The notes beneath the pieces are model-generated. The model was not told the DNA's origin. It was given only the letters and a program-made list of their open reading frames with translations, and ran no database searches. The translations under genes and the position numbers were made by a program. A stretch of 64,000 bases of DNA from assembly GCF_964194155.1 (NCBI RefSeq), contig NC_135904.1, positions 14,260,001 through 14,324,000 on the forward strand. The letters are read 5' to 3'. The stretch comes from Cetorhinus maximus (taxonomy: Eukaryota). Below, in pieces: positions 49,610 to 62,487 of the stretch. Each line of letters begins with the position of its first letter. Within the stretch, counting starts at the first letter, position 1.

Positions 49610-51512
49610 TGTTGTCATCAGTGCTATCAAGCGGGACTTGCTTAGCAACAACCTGCTCACTGATGCCCAGTTTGGGTTCCGCCAGGGCCACTCGGCTCCT
49701 GACCTCATTACAGCCTTGGTTCAAACATGGACAAAAGAGCTGAGCTCCCGGGGTGAGGTGAGAGTGACTGCCCTTAACATCAAGGCAGCATTTGATCAAG
49801 TAACCCCAGCAAAACTGGAAAGCATGGGAATCGGGGAAAACTCTCCGCTGTTTGGAGTCATACCTAGCACAAAGGAAGCTAGTTGTGGTTGTTGGAAGCC
49901 AAACATCTCAGCCCCAGGAAATCACTGCAGGAGTTCCTCAGGGTAGTGACCTAGGCCCAACCATCAATGACCTTTCTTCCATCATGAGGTCAGAAGTGGG
50001 GATGATCACTGATGATTGTACAATGTTCAGCAGCAGTGGCAATTTCTCAGGTACTGAAGCAGTCCGTGTCCAAATGCAGCAAGATTTGGACAACAATTGG
50101 GCTTGGGCTGATAAGTGACAAGTGACATTTGCGCCACACAAGTGCCTGGCAATGACCATCTCCAACAAGAGAAAATCTAACCATCTCCCCTTGACATTAA
50201 ACCATAATCTCATTACTGAATCCCTGACTATCAACATTCTGGGGGTTACCTTGACCAGAAACTGAACTGGACTAGCCATATAAATACTGTAGCCAAAAAA
50301 GTAGGTCAGAGAGGGGGAATTCTGCGGTGAATAGCACCTCGACTCCCCAAAGCCTGTCCACCATCTACAAGGCACAAGTCAGGATTGTGATGGAATACTC
50401 CCCACTTGCCAACAACACTCAAAATGTTGAACACCATCCGGGAAGAAGCAGCCCACTTGATTAGCACCCCATCCAGCACCTTAACCATTCATGCCCTCCA
50501 CTACTGACACACAGTGGCAACAGTGTGTACCATCTACAAGGTGCACTGCAGCAACTAACCATAAGAACTAGGAGCAGGAGTAGGCAATTCAGCCTGCCCT
50601 GCCATTCATGACTGATCTCATTTCGGCCTCAACTCCAATTTCCCGTCCTCTCCCCATAACCTTTCAACTCGTTACTAATTAAAGATCTGACTATCTCCTC
50701 CTTAAATTTATTCAGTGTCCCAGCATCCATTGCACTCTGAGGTAGTGAATTCCACAGATTCACGACCCTTTGAGAAAAGTAGTTCCTCCTCATCTCTGAT
50801 TTAAAAACCTCCACCCCTTAGCCTAAAACTATGGCCTCTCATTCTAGAATGCCCCACAAGGGGAAACATCCGCTCCACGTCTACTTTGTCTATCCCCTTT
50901 AGCATCTTATGTACCCCAATTAGATCTCCTCTCATCCTTCTAAACTCTAGCGAGTATAGGCCTAAACTGCTCAATCTCTTCTCATAAGACAAGCCTCGCA
51001 TCTCTGGAATCAATCTAGTGAACCTCCTCTGAACCACCTCCAATGCAACTACATCCTTCCTCAAGTAAAGGGACAAAAACTGTGCACAGTACTCCAGGTG
51101 CGGTCTCACCAATGCCTTGAACAGTTGCAACAACACTTCCCTATTTTTATACTCTATTCCTTTAGCAATAAATGCCAACATTCCATTTGCCAAGCTTCAT
51201 TCAACAGATCCTTCCAAACCCGTGACCTCTACCACCTTGAAGGTCAAGGGCAGCAGATACATGGGGAACACCACCTGCAAGTTCCCCTCCAAGCCACTCA
51301 CCATCCTGACTTGGAAATATATCTCCGTTCCTTCACTGTCGCTGAGTCAAAATCCTGGAACTCCCTTCCTAACAGTACTGTGGGTGTACCTACACCACAG
51401 GGACTGCCGGAGTTCATTAAGGTAGCTCACCACCACCTTCTCAAGAGCAACTGAGGATGGGCAACAAATGTTGGTCTACCAGCGACACACATTCCATGAA
51501 GGAAAAAAAAAA
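49610..51512 (+). mobile_element. LINE family B RT and 3' end, interrupted by an inverted CR1
   Basis: LLTDAQFGFRQGHSAPDL..RVTALNIKAAFD, AGVPQGS; resumes at ~51190 and ends in the family tail plus poly(A) at ~51503-51512. Confidence 0.88.
50560..51190 (-). mobile_element. CR1 3' fragment nested in LINE family B
   Basis: ANGMLAFIAKGIEYK..LVRPHLEYCAQF..RRMRGDLI..RRNYFSQRVVNLWNSLP. Confidence 0.9.
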
Positions 51513-54500
51513 ATTGCAGAGTGCAATAATCGAAAGAAGCGGCAGCTATTTCTACAATCTGGGACCTATTGCACATTATTACAGTACCATTTGTTGCTGA
51601 GCTCTTTAAAGCCTTGACAGCGGAGTGAGAACACTACACATTAAAAATACTTGCATGGCTCCCTGATGCACTGTCTCATTAAAATAGATTTGGATAAAGT
51701 TCATGCTAGGCTGAGCTAATGCTCAATTGGTAAATGCAATACTCAGTGTGAGATTCAGCTATACAGAACAGCAAAAGCCCAGGTGGAATCTTTGGTCTCT
51801 GCTGCGCTAGCTGATTTGAGTTGGGGCAGTGCTTTTGGAGTTACATAACTCTAATAATGGAGGGGAAAATCAGCCAGGTTTCCATTTAGCATCTGATTTC
51901 TTGCTAGGCAGTAAAGATGTGGTTCAGTTCTATTGGTCTATGGTGGAATAGCTTGGCAGCAGTTACATGAAAAATAAACTCGAGCACATTTCTGCACATT
52001 AAACCAGGCCTCCGATTCCTAAATTTTAGTCATATTTTAGCTTTGTCCTTGGAAACAATTTAAATCAGGACTTCAGACGTTTTTTTTGCTGCATTTTTAT
52101 TGTAATTTCTGTATGTTTTAGCGCAATTTATTTTCACAAAAATATCCCATTGTAACACAAGAAGCAATGAATTGAGATTTGAAAAACAAACTGAGGCTTT
52201 ATTCATCCTTTCAAATTCCAACAGTTATGGAACACCCACTTGGGCTGCTTTACTTCCAGAAATAACTTTCAGTTTCCATCTCATTTATTAATCGCAAAAT
52301 GTCGATTAGTTTTAGATTGAGTCTCAGCAAAAATGTTAAAAAAGACTTGCACTTACAGGGCACCTTTCATGACCAGCGACATCTCAAAACCCTTTAAAGC
52401 CAATGAAGTACTTTTGAAATGTAGTCACTGTCGTAATGTAGTTCTGAGTGTAATCTAGTGACAAAATGCAAAACAGGATGAAAAGCTTTTTTATGCAGCG
52501 AGTAGTTAGGATCTGGAACGTGCTGCCTGAGAGTGTGGTGGAGGCAGGGTCAATCGAGGCAATCGAGAGGGAATTATATTATCTGAAAAGAATGTGCAGG
52601 GAGAATGGCAAGAGGTGAATTGCTCCTTCAGAGAGCCAGCAAAGACACAATGGGCTGAATGGCCTCCTTCTGCACTGTAAACATTCTGTGATTCTCTGAT
52701 TTTTTTTTTAAACTGGCTTGTTTTCTCCAACTACAAGCACCCTGGTGTCTGGGTGAGATGGGAGGTGGTAAAATCAATTTCAGAAATGTTGTAAAGCACA
52801 GGGAGGTGTTTTGTGGATGAGCAGTAAGTGTGTCAGAATTTGTTGCAACAAACTCCTCCTAACTCTTGTTTTTAAGATAATTTACTCCCTACCCGAGGGC
52901 CCAAATCCCTATTCAAGAAACGAGAGAGCAGTAATGACACCAGGAAATTCGCCCCAGGTTTAACTACGAGGGGGGGATTGGATGTTGGTGATAATGGGAC
53001 TGATAGCCAGATTCCCTGTCCTTTATTCAGTGAAGTGGAAGAAGCCGAGTCTGAAAGTACTCGGAGGGATCCTGAGTAAGGGACTCTCTATGTTGTCATA
53101 TAAATCTTACAGATTAAATCAACCGTCAACAATAACAGTTTTATTCTCTGAAAAACACCAATATACATAAATACAATATGTATAAAAATATATTTTCTTT
53201 CCGCACAAGTGTCCAGGTCAGTTGAATACTAAAGCCCTGCCAAAGCATTCTGCACGCTACACGTTCACTTGTGTAGTTTATGCCTTCATTGTGGTTAATT
53301 CACTACTCAATTGTACAGTAATTAGCATCTAAAGTTTGGAAATAGATTCCTGCCAATTTAAAAAGGGTTTGTGCCTTCGCAAGTGTTAAACAGGCAGCTC
53401 ATACATTGAAAGGACATTGAATGACAAAATTACTGATTGTTTAACTACTGTTTAATATACTTGTGATATTTAAGAGCTGTTTCAATCATTTGCCAAGGTT
53501 AAATAAAGCCACAAAGAAATATTTTCCACAGACCGATGTTATTTAAAATTTAGTAGCGTTTAGTTCTTGCATTTCTTGTTTCTCCAATATCCTTTCCTCT
53601 TCTCCCTACTGGGATTCTGTTCCACCCCAACCAACATTGAGAACAGTCCGTGAGTGTCCTCAGATTTCAACCTCACCCTGTCCTCGGTCCCACATCTCCA
53701 CACACGAAGCCAGAAACAATCGCTCAGTAACCATTGGGAAACACCAACTGTAACTGACCCACCTTTCCCCCCTCCTGGGCTCAGTCATAGCTCCGTGAAT
53801 GGAAGCAGTTAACACAGACCAAGGATCAAACTGAGGCCTTTCTCCTGCAGGCCTTCCTGTCCCAGCCTGGGAATTAAGTTTCCACTGGGGAATAATGCAA
53901 ATATCTTAATCAATATATCTTATCTGAGTGTTTTATTAATCAACGCCACAGCCCTTGATATACAGCATTCCATAGTGCAAAACTGAGAAAACCCAATGGC
54001 AGGTTACTTTATAGCTAAAGTTTTAGATTGCCACACTCAGGATTACCAACGCAGGCTTGTTAAAATAATACTTATTAAAATAAAACTCTTATTTTATTAG
54101 TTAGTTTGTGGCTGCAGTTCTTTACAGTGTTCTGGTCGCAGTCTGATTATAAGTAGGTTCCAGATAGAGACACCATGAGGAACATCAGCCAGTGAGGCAT
54201 TTATTTTACCATCACTTGAAGCCATTGACAGAGACCTGAGATTAGGGCCTTGACTGGGGCCTGGGAATAGGCCATTGAGTGAACTGAAAAGCTAACAAAA
54301 GCAGTTTTGAAGAGGATCCTTGCCATTCTCCCTCTTTTTTCCCTTCCTCCTCCAATACTTTGCCTCCTCGTGCTGACCTGTGATATCACGGCTGATCCCA
54401 AGGCCTTTGTGCGAACAATAGTTGAACTTGGTTGTGGTGCTTCCTTTGGTTGAAATCACTCCGCCTAAGTTCACATACAAAGGATGGCCAATTGGGTAAT

Positions 54501-54663
54501 GGCAGAGTGACTCTGACAAAGGGGTTTACAAAATCCAGAGAAAACAAAGGGGGAGGGAAAAGAAAGGGTGTTTTAATAGCAGGGTTTTCGATGCTGAATA
54601 ATCCCAAAATGGATGTAAATTGCGTTTATGAAATCACCATAATGAGAGTGAACAGCTGGGCTG

Positions 54664-54665
<2 letters not shown>

Positions 54666-54697
<32 letters not shown>
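54666..54697. repeat. (TA)n microsatellite
   Basis: Directly visible. Confidence 0.95.
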
Positions 54698-54701
<4 letters not shown>

Positions 54702-54991
54702 CTGACTGGTGCTAATGAACTATTTTATACGTCAATCCCACCTCTTCCTCTGCACTTCTCTCAGTTGATTACTCATGGGCTGAGTCAGTGGAAGTGACTT
54801 TATGCAGTTCACTGTTAACCTATTCCTGCTCCCAGCAGTATCAGAGACCTGGCCACAGCCAAAGACTACACCAGGCACCAAGTTGCAGCTCGAGTTAGTC
54901 CTGTTGTCTTCATCTTTCACACTATCAAAAAATACTATTGCAAAGGAGAAGCAGAGAGGGAGATCATTTTTCCATCATGCGTATGCAGGTG

Positions 54992-56240
54992 AAAGCAAAA
55001 TACTGCGGATGCTGGAAATCCAAAACAAAAATAAAAATACCTGTGAAAAACTCAGCAGGTCTGACAGCATCTGCGGAGAGGAACACAGTTAACGTTTCGC
55101 GTCCGAATGACTCTTCATCAGAACAAAGGAAAAATAGAAAAGAGGTAAAATATAAGCTGGTTTAGGGGGGGGGGGGGGGGGGGAGACAGGTAGAGCTGGA
55201 TAGAGGGCCAGTGATAGGTGGAGATTGCTAAAAGATGTCACAGACAAAAGGACAAAGAGGTGTTGACGGTGGTGATATTAGCTAAGAAATATGCTAATGG
55301 AGACATTAAGGGTAGAAAGCAGGACGAGCAAGGGACAGATAGCCCTAGTGGGGGTGGGGTGGAGGGAATCGAAATAGGCTAAAAGGTAGAGATAAAACAA
55401 TGGATGGAAATACATTTAAAAATAATGGAAATATGTGGGAAAAGAAAAATATATATAAATTATTGGAAAAAGGAGGGGATCGGAAAGGGGGTGGGGATGG
55501 AGGACAGAGTTCACGATCTAAAGTTGTTGAACTCAACATTCAGTCTGGAAGGCTGTAAAGTGCCTAGTCGGAAGATGAGGTGCTGTTCCTCCAGTTTGTG
55601 TTGAGCTTCACTGGAACATTGCAGCAGGCCAAGGACGGACATGTGGGCATGAGAGCAGGGTGGTGTGTTGAAATGGCAAGCGACAGGGAGGTCTGGGTCA
55701 TACTTGCGGACAGACCGAAGGTGTTCCTCAAAGCGGTCACCCAGTCTGCGTTTGGTCTCTCCAATGTAGAGGAAACCACATTGGGAGCAGCGAATGCAGT
55801 AGACTAAATTGAGGGAAGTGCAAGTGAAATGCTGCTTCACTTGAAAGGAGTGTTTGGGCCCTTGGACGGTGAGGAGGAGGGGGAAGTAAAGGGGCAGGTA
55901 TTGCACCTTCTGCAGTTGCATGGGAAGGTGCTGTGGGAGGGGGTTGAGGTGTAGGGGGTGATGGAGGAGTGGACCAGGGTGTCCCGGAGTGAACGATCCC
56001 TGTGAAATGCCGCCAGGGGTGGTGGCATCCTGCTGGAGTTGGCGGAAATGGCGGAGGATGATCCTTTGAATGCGGAGGCTGGTGGGGTGATAAGTGAGGA
56101 CAAGGGGGACCCTATCATGGATCTGGGAGGGAGAGGAAGGTGTGAGGGCGGATGCGCGGGAGATGGACCGGACACGGTTGAGGGCCCTGTCAACCACCGT
56201 GGGTGGAAAACCTCGGTTAAGGAAGAAGGAAGACATATGC
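54992..56240 (-). mobile_element. Penelope-like element 3' part (RT thumb/linker, GIY-YIG, terminal repeat), joined to a CR1 tail at 56241-56550
   Basis: MSSFFLNRGFPPTVVDRAL..RVPLVLTYHP..FTCTSLNLVYCIRCSQCGFLYIGETKRRLGDRFEEHL..KLEEQHLIFRLGTLQP. Confidence 0.92.
55086..55126 (-). ncRNA. Minimal type I hammerhead ribozyme motif in a Penelope terminal repeat (slightly decayed)
   Basis: Minus strand reads GTT-CTGATGA-A-GAGTC-ATTCG-GACGC-GAA-ACGT-T-AAC: CUGANGA and GAAA core, stem II, palindromic ACGU helix III, short stem I. Confidence 0.6.
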
Positions 56241-57689
56241 GGGTCTTTGAAAGAGCCATCCAATTAATCTCTCTCCTGCTCTTCCCCAATAGCCCTGCAA
56301 ATTTCCCCTTCAAGTATTTATCCAATTTCTATTTGAAAGTTACAGTTGAATGTGTTTCCTGATTGCAACAATTTGCTGCACAAAAAAACCTTCTCTTTAA
56401 TTCCCCCCCTGATTCTGTTACCGATGATCTGAGATCGGTGTCCTCTGTTACCAAGTAAATGTTTCCCTATTTACGCAATCAAAACCTTCTGGTTTTGAAT
56501 ACCTTTGTCAAGTCTCCCCTTAATATTGTCTGTTTTATGGAGAATTTTGTGCTGATTGAAATAATCGTTTTGGGTTTGGAGTTAACACTGCCATCAGTGA
56601 CAGGTGATGACTATCTGTAATCGACAAAGTCCAGTCCTCTCCCCTCAATGGTCAGTGGCACCAGTAACTTCAAGCACCCCCTCCCACCCCACATCCAGAG
56701 GAGTCACCATTGACCAGACGCTGAACTGGACCAATCGCATTAACACCATGGTTATTAGAACAGGTCAGAGGCTGGGAATTCTGCAGCAACTGGCTCACCT
56801 CCTGACTCCCCAAATTCCGCCTCACCCCCTAAAAGGCTCAGGTCAGGAGTGCGCTGGACATTCAATCTCCTCTGGACAGCTAGTTACAACAACACTGAAA
56901 AAGTTCAACAACATCCAGGGCTCAGCACTCCCTCTTGAGCCAGTTTTACATTTCCCACATTAGCCTCTGAGACCATCAGCTTTTTAACACCTTAGGATCA
57001 GTTTGTCTTGTGGACCTGAGCTGACTAGGAATTGGCCTGAGCCTGCCCAGCCCTCTCCACAAAGGCAGGACTTACATTACATTGCCTGTTTCAAGCATTG
57101 TGTGGCTTTACTTCAGATAAGCAGCATCTGCAGAATTCTTTTTCCTGTATTTTTTCTTACATTTCACATCTTTAACGCTGATTGTAATTGCTTCATCCAA
57201 TCCCACCTCCTTCTCAATAGACCTGCACTCCAATCTCTCTAATAGCTCTTGACTGAATTCATCCTATCCTATTTTTATCTCATCCTTACTTGACTTAGAT
57301 TCCTTCTCAACCATTATCCTAGCTGTCTTCGCAGAGATACCTGGTTCGGTGACTAATCCCCTCTGACAAGATGTTTATAGTCTGACCTCTCACCCAGTCT
57401 GGAGTTTTGTACAATAAAGATCCTGTCCTGCTCGTTTTCAACCCTGCTGTTTTGCTGTAAAGGATTTGTGATGCTGTAATTTGTTGATTCCTTCCTCTAT
57501 CTCAGATGGATTATCTGTATTGAGATGTTAATTCCAGCTCTCAGCCTGCAGTTGAATGCAAAGCACCACCTTTGACAAAGTGCATGGTCTGTTTCATGTT
57601 CGTTATCTCCGAAAGGAACAAAGGACTTGTATATTTACTGTAGTCAATTTAGTTCAGCTGCCAGCAATCTCACCTTTAAATCAGTTCAA

Positions 57690-58000
57690 GCCCTTTACAA
57701 CTTTCAGCACACGATGAGGTCAGGACTGAGGGAGTACTGCAGTGTCAGAAGCACTGCCTCTTGGATATGTTAAATTCCCTCTCCCTGTTCATGTGGATGG
57801 CTTTTCCTGGAAGATGAGGATTCTTGACCAATGCTGTCAAAACAGATTTCATTGCCATTTGTGGGATCTTGCTGTGCAACATTGGCAACTGTGTTTCCTA
57901 CATTACAGCAGTCACTACGCTTCCAAAATACTTTGTTAGCTGTAAAATGCTTCGGGGCGTTCTGGAGGTTGTGAAAGGCACTACATAAATGCAAATCTTT
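57690..58000 (+). mobile_element. DeuSINE (SacSINE1-like)
   Basis: actgagggagtactgcagtgtcaga..tttgtgggatcttgctgtgca..gtttcctacattacagcagt..gtgaaaggcactacataaatgcaa. Confidence 0.78.
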
Positions 58001-58019
58001 CTTTCACTCAACAAGCAAA

Positions 58020-58590
58020 TTATAAGAATTAGGAGCAACAGCAGGCCATAGCACCTCAAGCCTATTATGCCATTTTGAAAGATCATGGTGATCCTTGAAC
58101 TCAAGTCCACTTTCCCACCCAATACCCCTTGTGAGTCCAAAAATCTATTGATTTAAGCCTTGAATATACTCGACAACTTGGACCAAAGTGGCTGTTCCTG
58201 TATCTTGAGATTATGTCCCTTTGTTTTTGACTCTCCAGCAAGGCTGAACAGCATCAGCTCAGAACCTATTTTGTTCCAGTGAGGTCACCTCTCATTCTTC
58301 TAAAGAAGGAAGGCCATTCTACCCAATCTCTTCTCTCATGCAATCAATCTACTGCATGCCCTCTAGGCAAGAGGCCAAAACTGTGCACTGTGCTATCGGT
58401 GTAGTCCCACCAAAGCCCTGTACAATTGTTGCAAGACTTACTTATTCATGTACTCCAACCCCTTGTAATAAAGGCCAACATGCCATTTGTTACCTAATTG
58501 CTTGCTATAGCTGGATGTTGAATTTCTATGTTTCTTGTACAAGGACAGCCAGATTGCTCTGCACACCAACATTTAATAGTTTCAGGATCT
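58020..58590 (-). mobile_element. Decayed CR1 3' fragment
   Basis: Reverse-complement CR1 tail (aagaattaggagca.cagcaggccat) and an RT C-terminal remnant. Confidence 0.75.
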
Positions 58591-59739
58591 TAAAACATAG
58601 ATTGGTGGTACTTCAACAATAGTTACTGCTTTATCTCAACTCTTTCCAGCTGGTACTGTACTGACCTCGTGTTTTCCTGAAATCAGTTTTGATATCAACA
58701 TCCAACTGATTCTAAACTTTTACAGCTTTGTATATTAAATAGAATCAGCTTTTAGATGCAGACTCAGGACCTGTTTATTTGTATTTTGTTCATTTTTGGA
58801 GGATGCAGAAGTATAAAAATACAGAAACAATCAACAGGGAATATTCAGTGTAAACTAGTCTTCCAGTGTCTCTTGTCAGGTCTAGGAGGGTCAGTACATC
58901 AGTTGGTGTGGACTGAGGCACTCAACCAGCGCAGGCTGAGTCTCAGCCCCGGATGGTGCTTGGAGCCACCAGGCTCAATCATGGATGTAACTGGGATCAG
59001 AGCCCACAGTGGGGGGAAAGCAGCCAAGCTTTCTACACCTCACGGCCCTGGCTGGAGATGCAGATGGCTGGTTTCAGCCGAGTTTGTGTCTGGCTGTGAT
59101 TTCACCTGGTCAAATTATCTGAACAGCATTCTTAAAAAGTATCAGTGTCACAGCATAATGGGATAGTCTGGTAACCCTGGCAACATCAAAGGAACAGTGA
59201 GGTGAATTAACAAAAGTCCACAGTTACTAACAGAATTCCAGTGATGGTAAGTGACTGCTGCCCTTTGAACTCATCACAGTCTACTGAAGATTCCAAACTG
59301 ACATTTCAATGGATTACAGCTATATTGCCAGATGACAAAGGCAAAGAAAATGAAAAGCACACTCCTACCTTAAAAATAACTTTTAAAAAAACCTTAAAAA
59401 ACTTTCAGCCCCTGTTACTGAGAGAGATTCACAATAACAGCCTTCATTCACAAACTGCTTTGAGAAAAATGCAAAGACTCAGTAAGACCAACTAGAAATC
59501 CTCCTGGATTCAAACATCAGCTTCAAAGCAACAAGCCAGGCCAACAGAGGAAGAGATCCTGAACTATAAAAATGACAAGTCTCGGATGTGATTACCCATT
59601 AGGCAACGAGTGTGTTGCTGAACATGTACATAAGCCATCTGCTAACAGTCACATGGGAGGCAGTTCCCTTGTTATCCTGAGCGCGTTTCATTGACATCTT
59701 TCAACTTTCTCAACAGATCAATTTCAGTGAATCATTACT

Positions 59740-60398
59740 CAGTAACTGACCCACTCCGTCAATCACAGCCCCTACAGTGTCCCCACTGACCCACTCCTAT
59801 CAGTCACAGCCCCTACATTGTACCCACTGACCCACTCCGTCAATCACAGCCCCTACAGTGTACTCACTGACCCATTCTGTCAGTCACAGCCCCTACAGTG
59901 TACTCACTGACCCATTCCGTCAGTCACAGACCCTACAGTGTACTCACTGACCCACGCCATCAGTCACAACCCCTAGTGTACCCACTGACCCACTCCGTCA
60001 ATCATAGCCCCTACAGTGTACTCACTGACCCACTCCGTCAATCACAGCTCCTACAGTGTACTCACTGACCCACTCCAACAGTCACAACCCCTACAGTGTA
60101 CCCACTAACCCACTCCATCAGTCACAGTCCCTACAGTGTACTCACTGACCCATTCTGTCAGTCACAACCCCTACAGTGTACCCACTGACGCACTCCGTCA
60201 ATCACAGCCCCTACAGTGTACTCACTGACCCACTCCATCAGTCACAGTCCCTACAGTGTACTCACTGACCCATTCTGTCAGTCACAACCCATACAGTGTA
60301 CCCACTGACCCATTCCTTCAGTCACAGCCCCTACAGTCTACTCACTGACCCATTCCGTCAGTCACAGCCCCTACAGTCTACTCACTGACCCATTCCCT
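59740..60398. repeat. 40-bp minisatellite, ~16 copies (CTCACTGACCCACTCCGTCAGTCACAGCCCCTACAGTGTA)
   Basis: Period 40 is visible (TAC[C/T]CACTGA at 59821, 59861, 59901, 59941). Confidence 0.96.
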
Positions 60399-61697
60399 AC
60401 ACTAACAGCTAACAAACACATTTTGCTAAAATCAACTGTACTCCAAACAACTGAACATCATAACTGTCTATAAAACACAGAATCTGTCTTTAAATAAATT
60501 AGACACTCATCATCTAAAAGTAAAGAAATTGTAATTGCAGGGAGGGAGCTAGAAGCTATGGTTTGAAGTGGAAACAGATGTCACATTATATCAGGGTGAT
60601 GATGGATTAAAGACATGGCTTCACACACTATCATCCCTTCACTCCACGGAACCTTCAAATAATGTGCAGTGCATCCTGGTACAGATTGTTCTCATTGATA
60701 TCTTTTGTAATTCATAACAAAATATCCAGAAATTTCCAGAGTTCCAAAAGGTTCAAACATTAGTGTCAAACACCAGAGCAAACTGAGATCGATAAACTTT
60801 CAACATAGTAACAGAGGCCAAAGTTGAATTGAAGAGGGGTTCAGAGCATCAGAGATTTTTAAATAACCAGGAATCTTCCTCTCAGTTATCTCCTTTTTTT
60901 GTACTTCCATAAATATAAGGATCAGGAACAATTAATTCTTGCTCAGATTTAATTCTCTATGCCTGATTCTCCTCACACTTTGTCATATAACCAGCTCACA
61001 AGCTGTCTGAAGTACACAGGGAATGGACAGTCTGTGGAGTAACTAGACTCAGCGAGAAAGAAACTGAATGAATGCAGACTGACACAGGAAGGATGCAGCA
61101 TCCCTGTTAAATTGCAGAATCCTCCCTGAGGAGATCGCTACAGATTTTATTCAGAATCAGGTTCAGCTGAGCCAGTACCTCTGCACTGGCAGGTGAAACA
61201 GACCAAGAGGAAATGGACGTTCAAGTTAATTCTTAGAGACATTTGATTCTCTTTGCCTCAATTTGTCCTGAGAACATTCTCCAGACAAGCAGCCTGCTGG
61301 CCCAGTCTCCACCAGTGCTTCCCTCAGACTGGACATGAGCAGAAACCTCTCACTATAATCTGGGGGAGCAAGAGGGGGACTTGGCCTGTGATTAGGGTCT
61401 CCCTGACAATGCAACACTTTTCCATGACAACATATTCCCCCAAATGTACAATGATTAGTTCATCAAGAGCCACTATCCACAAGTTCCCAGACAGTTCTAG
61501 GTGACAGCAACCCACTGCCTGCCAAATGCTCAAACTATAACCCCCCTCCCCACCAACAAACTACCAAACTAACTAATGGCAAGAAAACTGATGACAAGGA
61601 GCCCTCTTTAAAATTAGAATCCATTTCCTTGTCTGACGTTAGTTACTGTGGTGCTTTACGCAGCTGAATGATTGAGTGATTGGATTGTGGCTCAGTA

Positions 61698-61875
61698 TCA
61701 GTAGCGATGGTGGTTGGATTGCCAGTGCGAATTGGAGCCTTGGCTGTAAGATTCATATGGCCCCTGGTGATGAACTGGAGAATGATTGTAGCCACGGCCT
61801 CTCCCGTGCCACTGGCGGTTATAGGACCAATTGCGACCGTCATCTCGTCCTTTGTACGGTCGATAGTCTTGCGAC
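61698..61875 (-). CDS. RAMAC: RAMAC (FAM103A1/RAM, RNMT-activating cap methyltransferase subunit), last coding exon
   Basis: Minus strand tttgttttag|G TCG CAA GAC: SQDYRPYKGRDDGRNWSYNRQWHGRGRGYNHSPVHHQGPYESYSQGSNSHWQSNHHRY*. This resembles the human RAM C-terminal half as recalled (LQDNRQFRGRD..W...NQWHGR), and the exon is convergent with C15orf40 as in human. Confidence 0.85.
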
Positions 61876-62487
61876 CTAAAACAAAAAGGTAAAAAAAAAA
61901 AATTCTCAAACTGATGCTGAATTTGGCTTTACTCACTTTGGAACGATTTATTTGATGTTGTGACTGTAAAGGAAGAGATTTCGACATGCTGCAGTTGTTG
62001 TAGTCAGTTTTCCAAACATTACACGTTACAATCATTTCTCCCAAGGTGATTGCTCACAGTTAACATTTCATGAACTATCTCCTTACTCATGACCAGATTC
62101 AGCAACACCTCTCTTTTAGGTACACAAACTGATTGAGGATGGAGTGTCCCGCCACGTCAGGAATTCCGTTTCATTCACTCCCTCCTTGTCTCGAACATTT
62201 GTGGCTGATAAAAATTTCCAAGAAGAATAATTATGGTTACTTACTCAACTCTCTGATCCACTTAGAGGTTCCCTCTTCCATTTACCTCCAATGATTTAGG
62301 GGGTAGCAGTACATCCCCACTAATGAAATAACCTCGTTAGGGGAGAAGGTTAGGGTTACGTTCCAAAAAGGAAATTGGAGGAGCACTTGAGGGAAATAAA
62401 CTTGCAGGACTAAGTGACTAGAACAGGGGGAAACGGGACCAACTGGATTGATCTACAAAGGGCTGGCACGGGCTTAACAAGCCCAGA

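Noticed and set aside
59740-60398. 40-bp palindromic repeats resembling CRISPR repeats
   Set aside because: Units are head-to-tail with no spacers.
61643-62044. 133-aa minus-strand ORF over the RAMAC exon
   Set aside because: Wrong frame; the frame set by the splice acceptor gives the RAMAC-like peptide.
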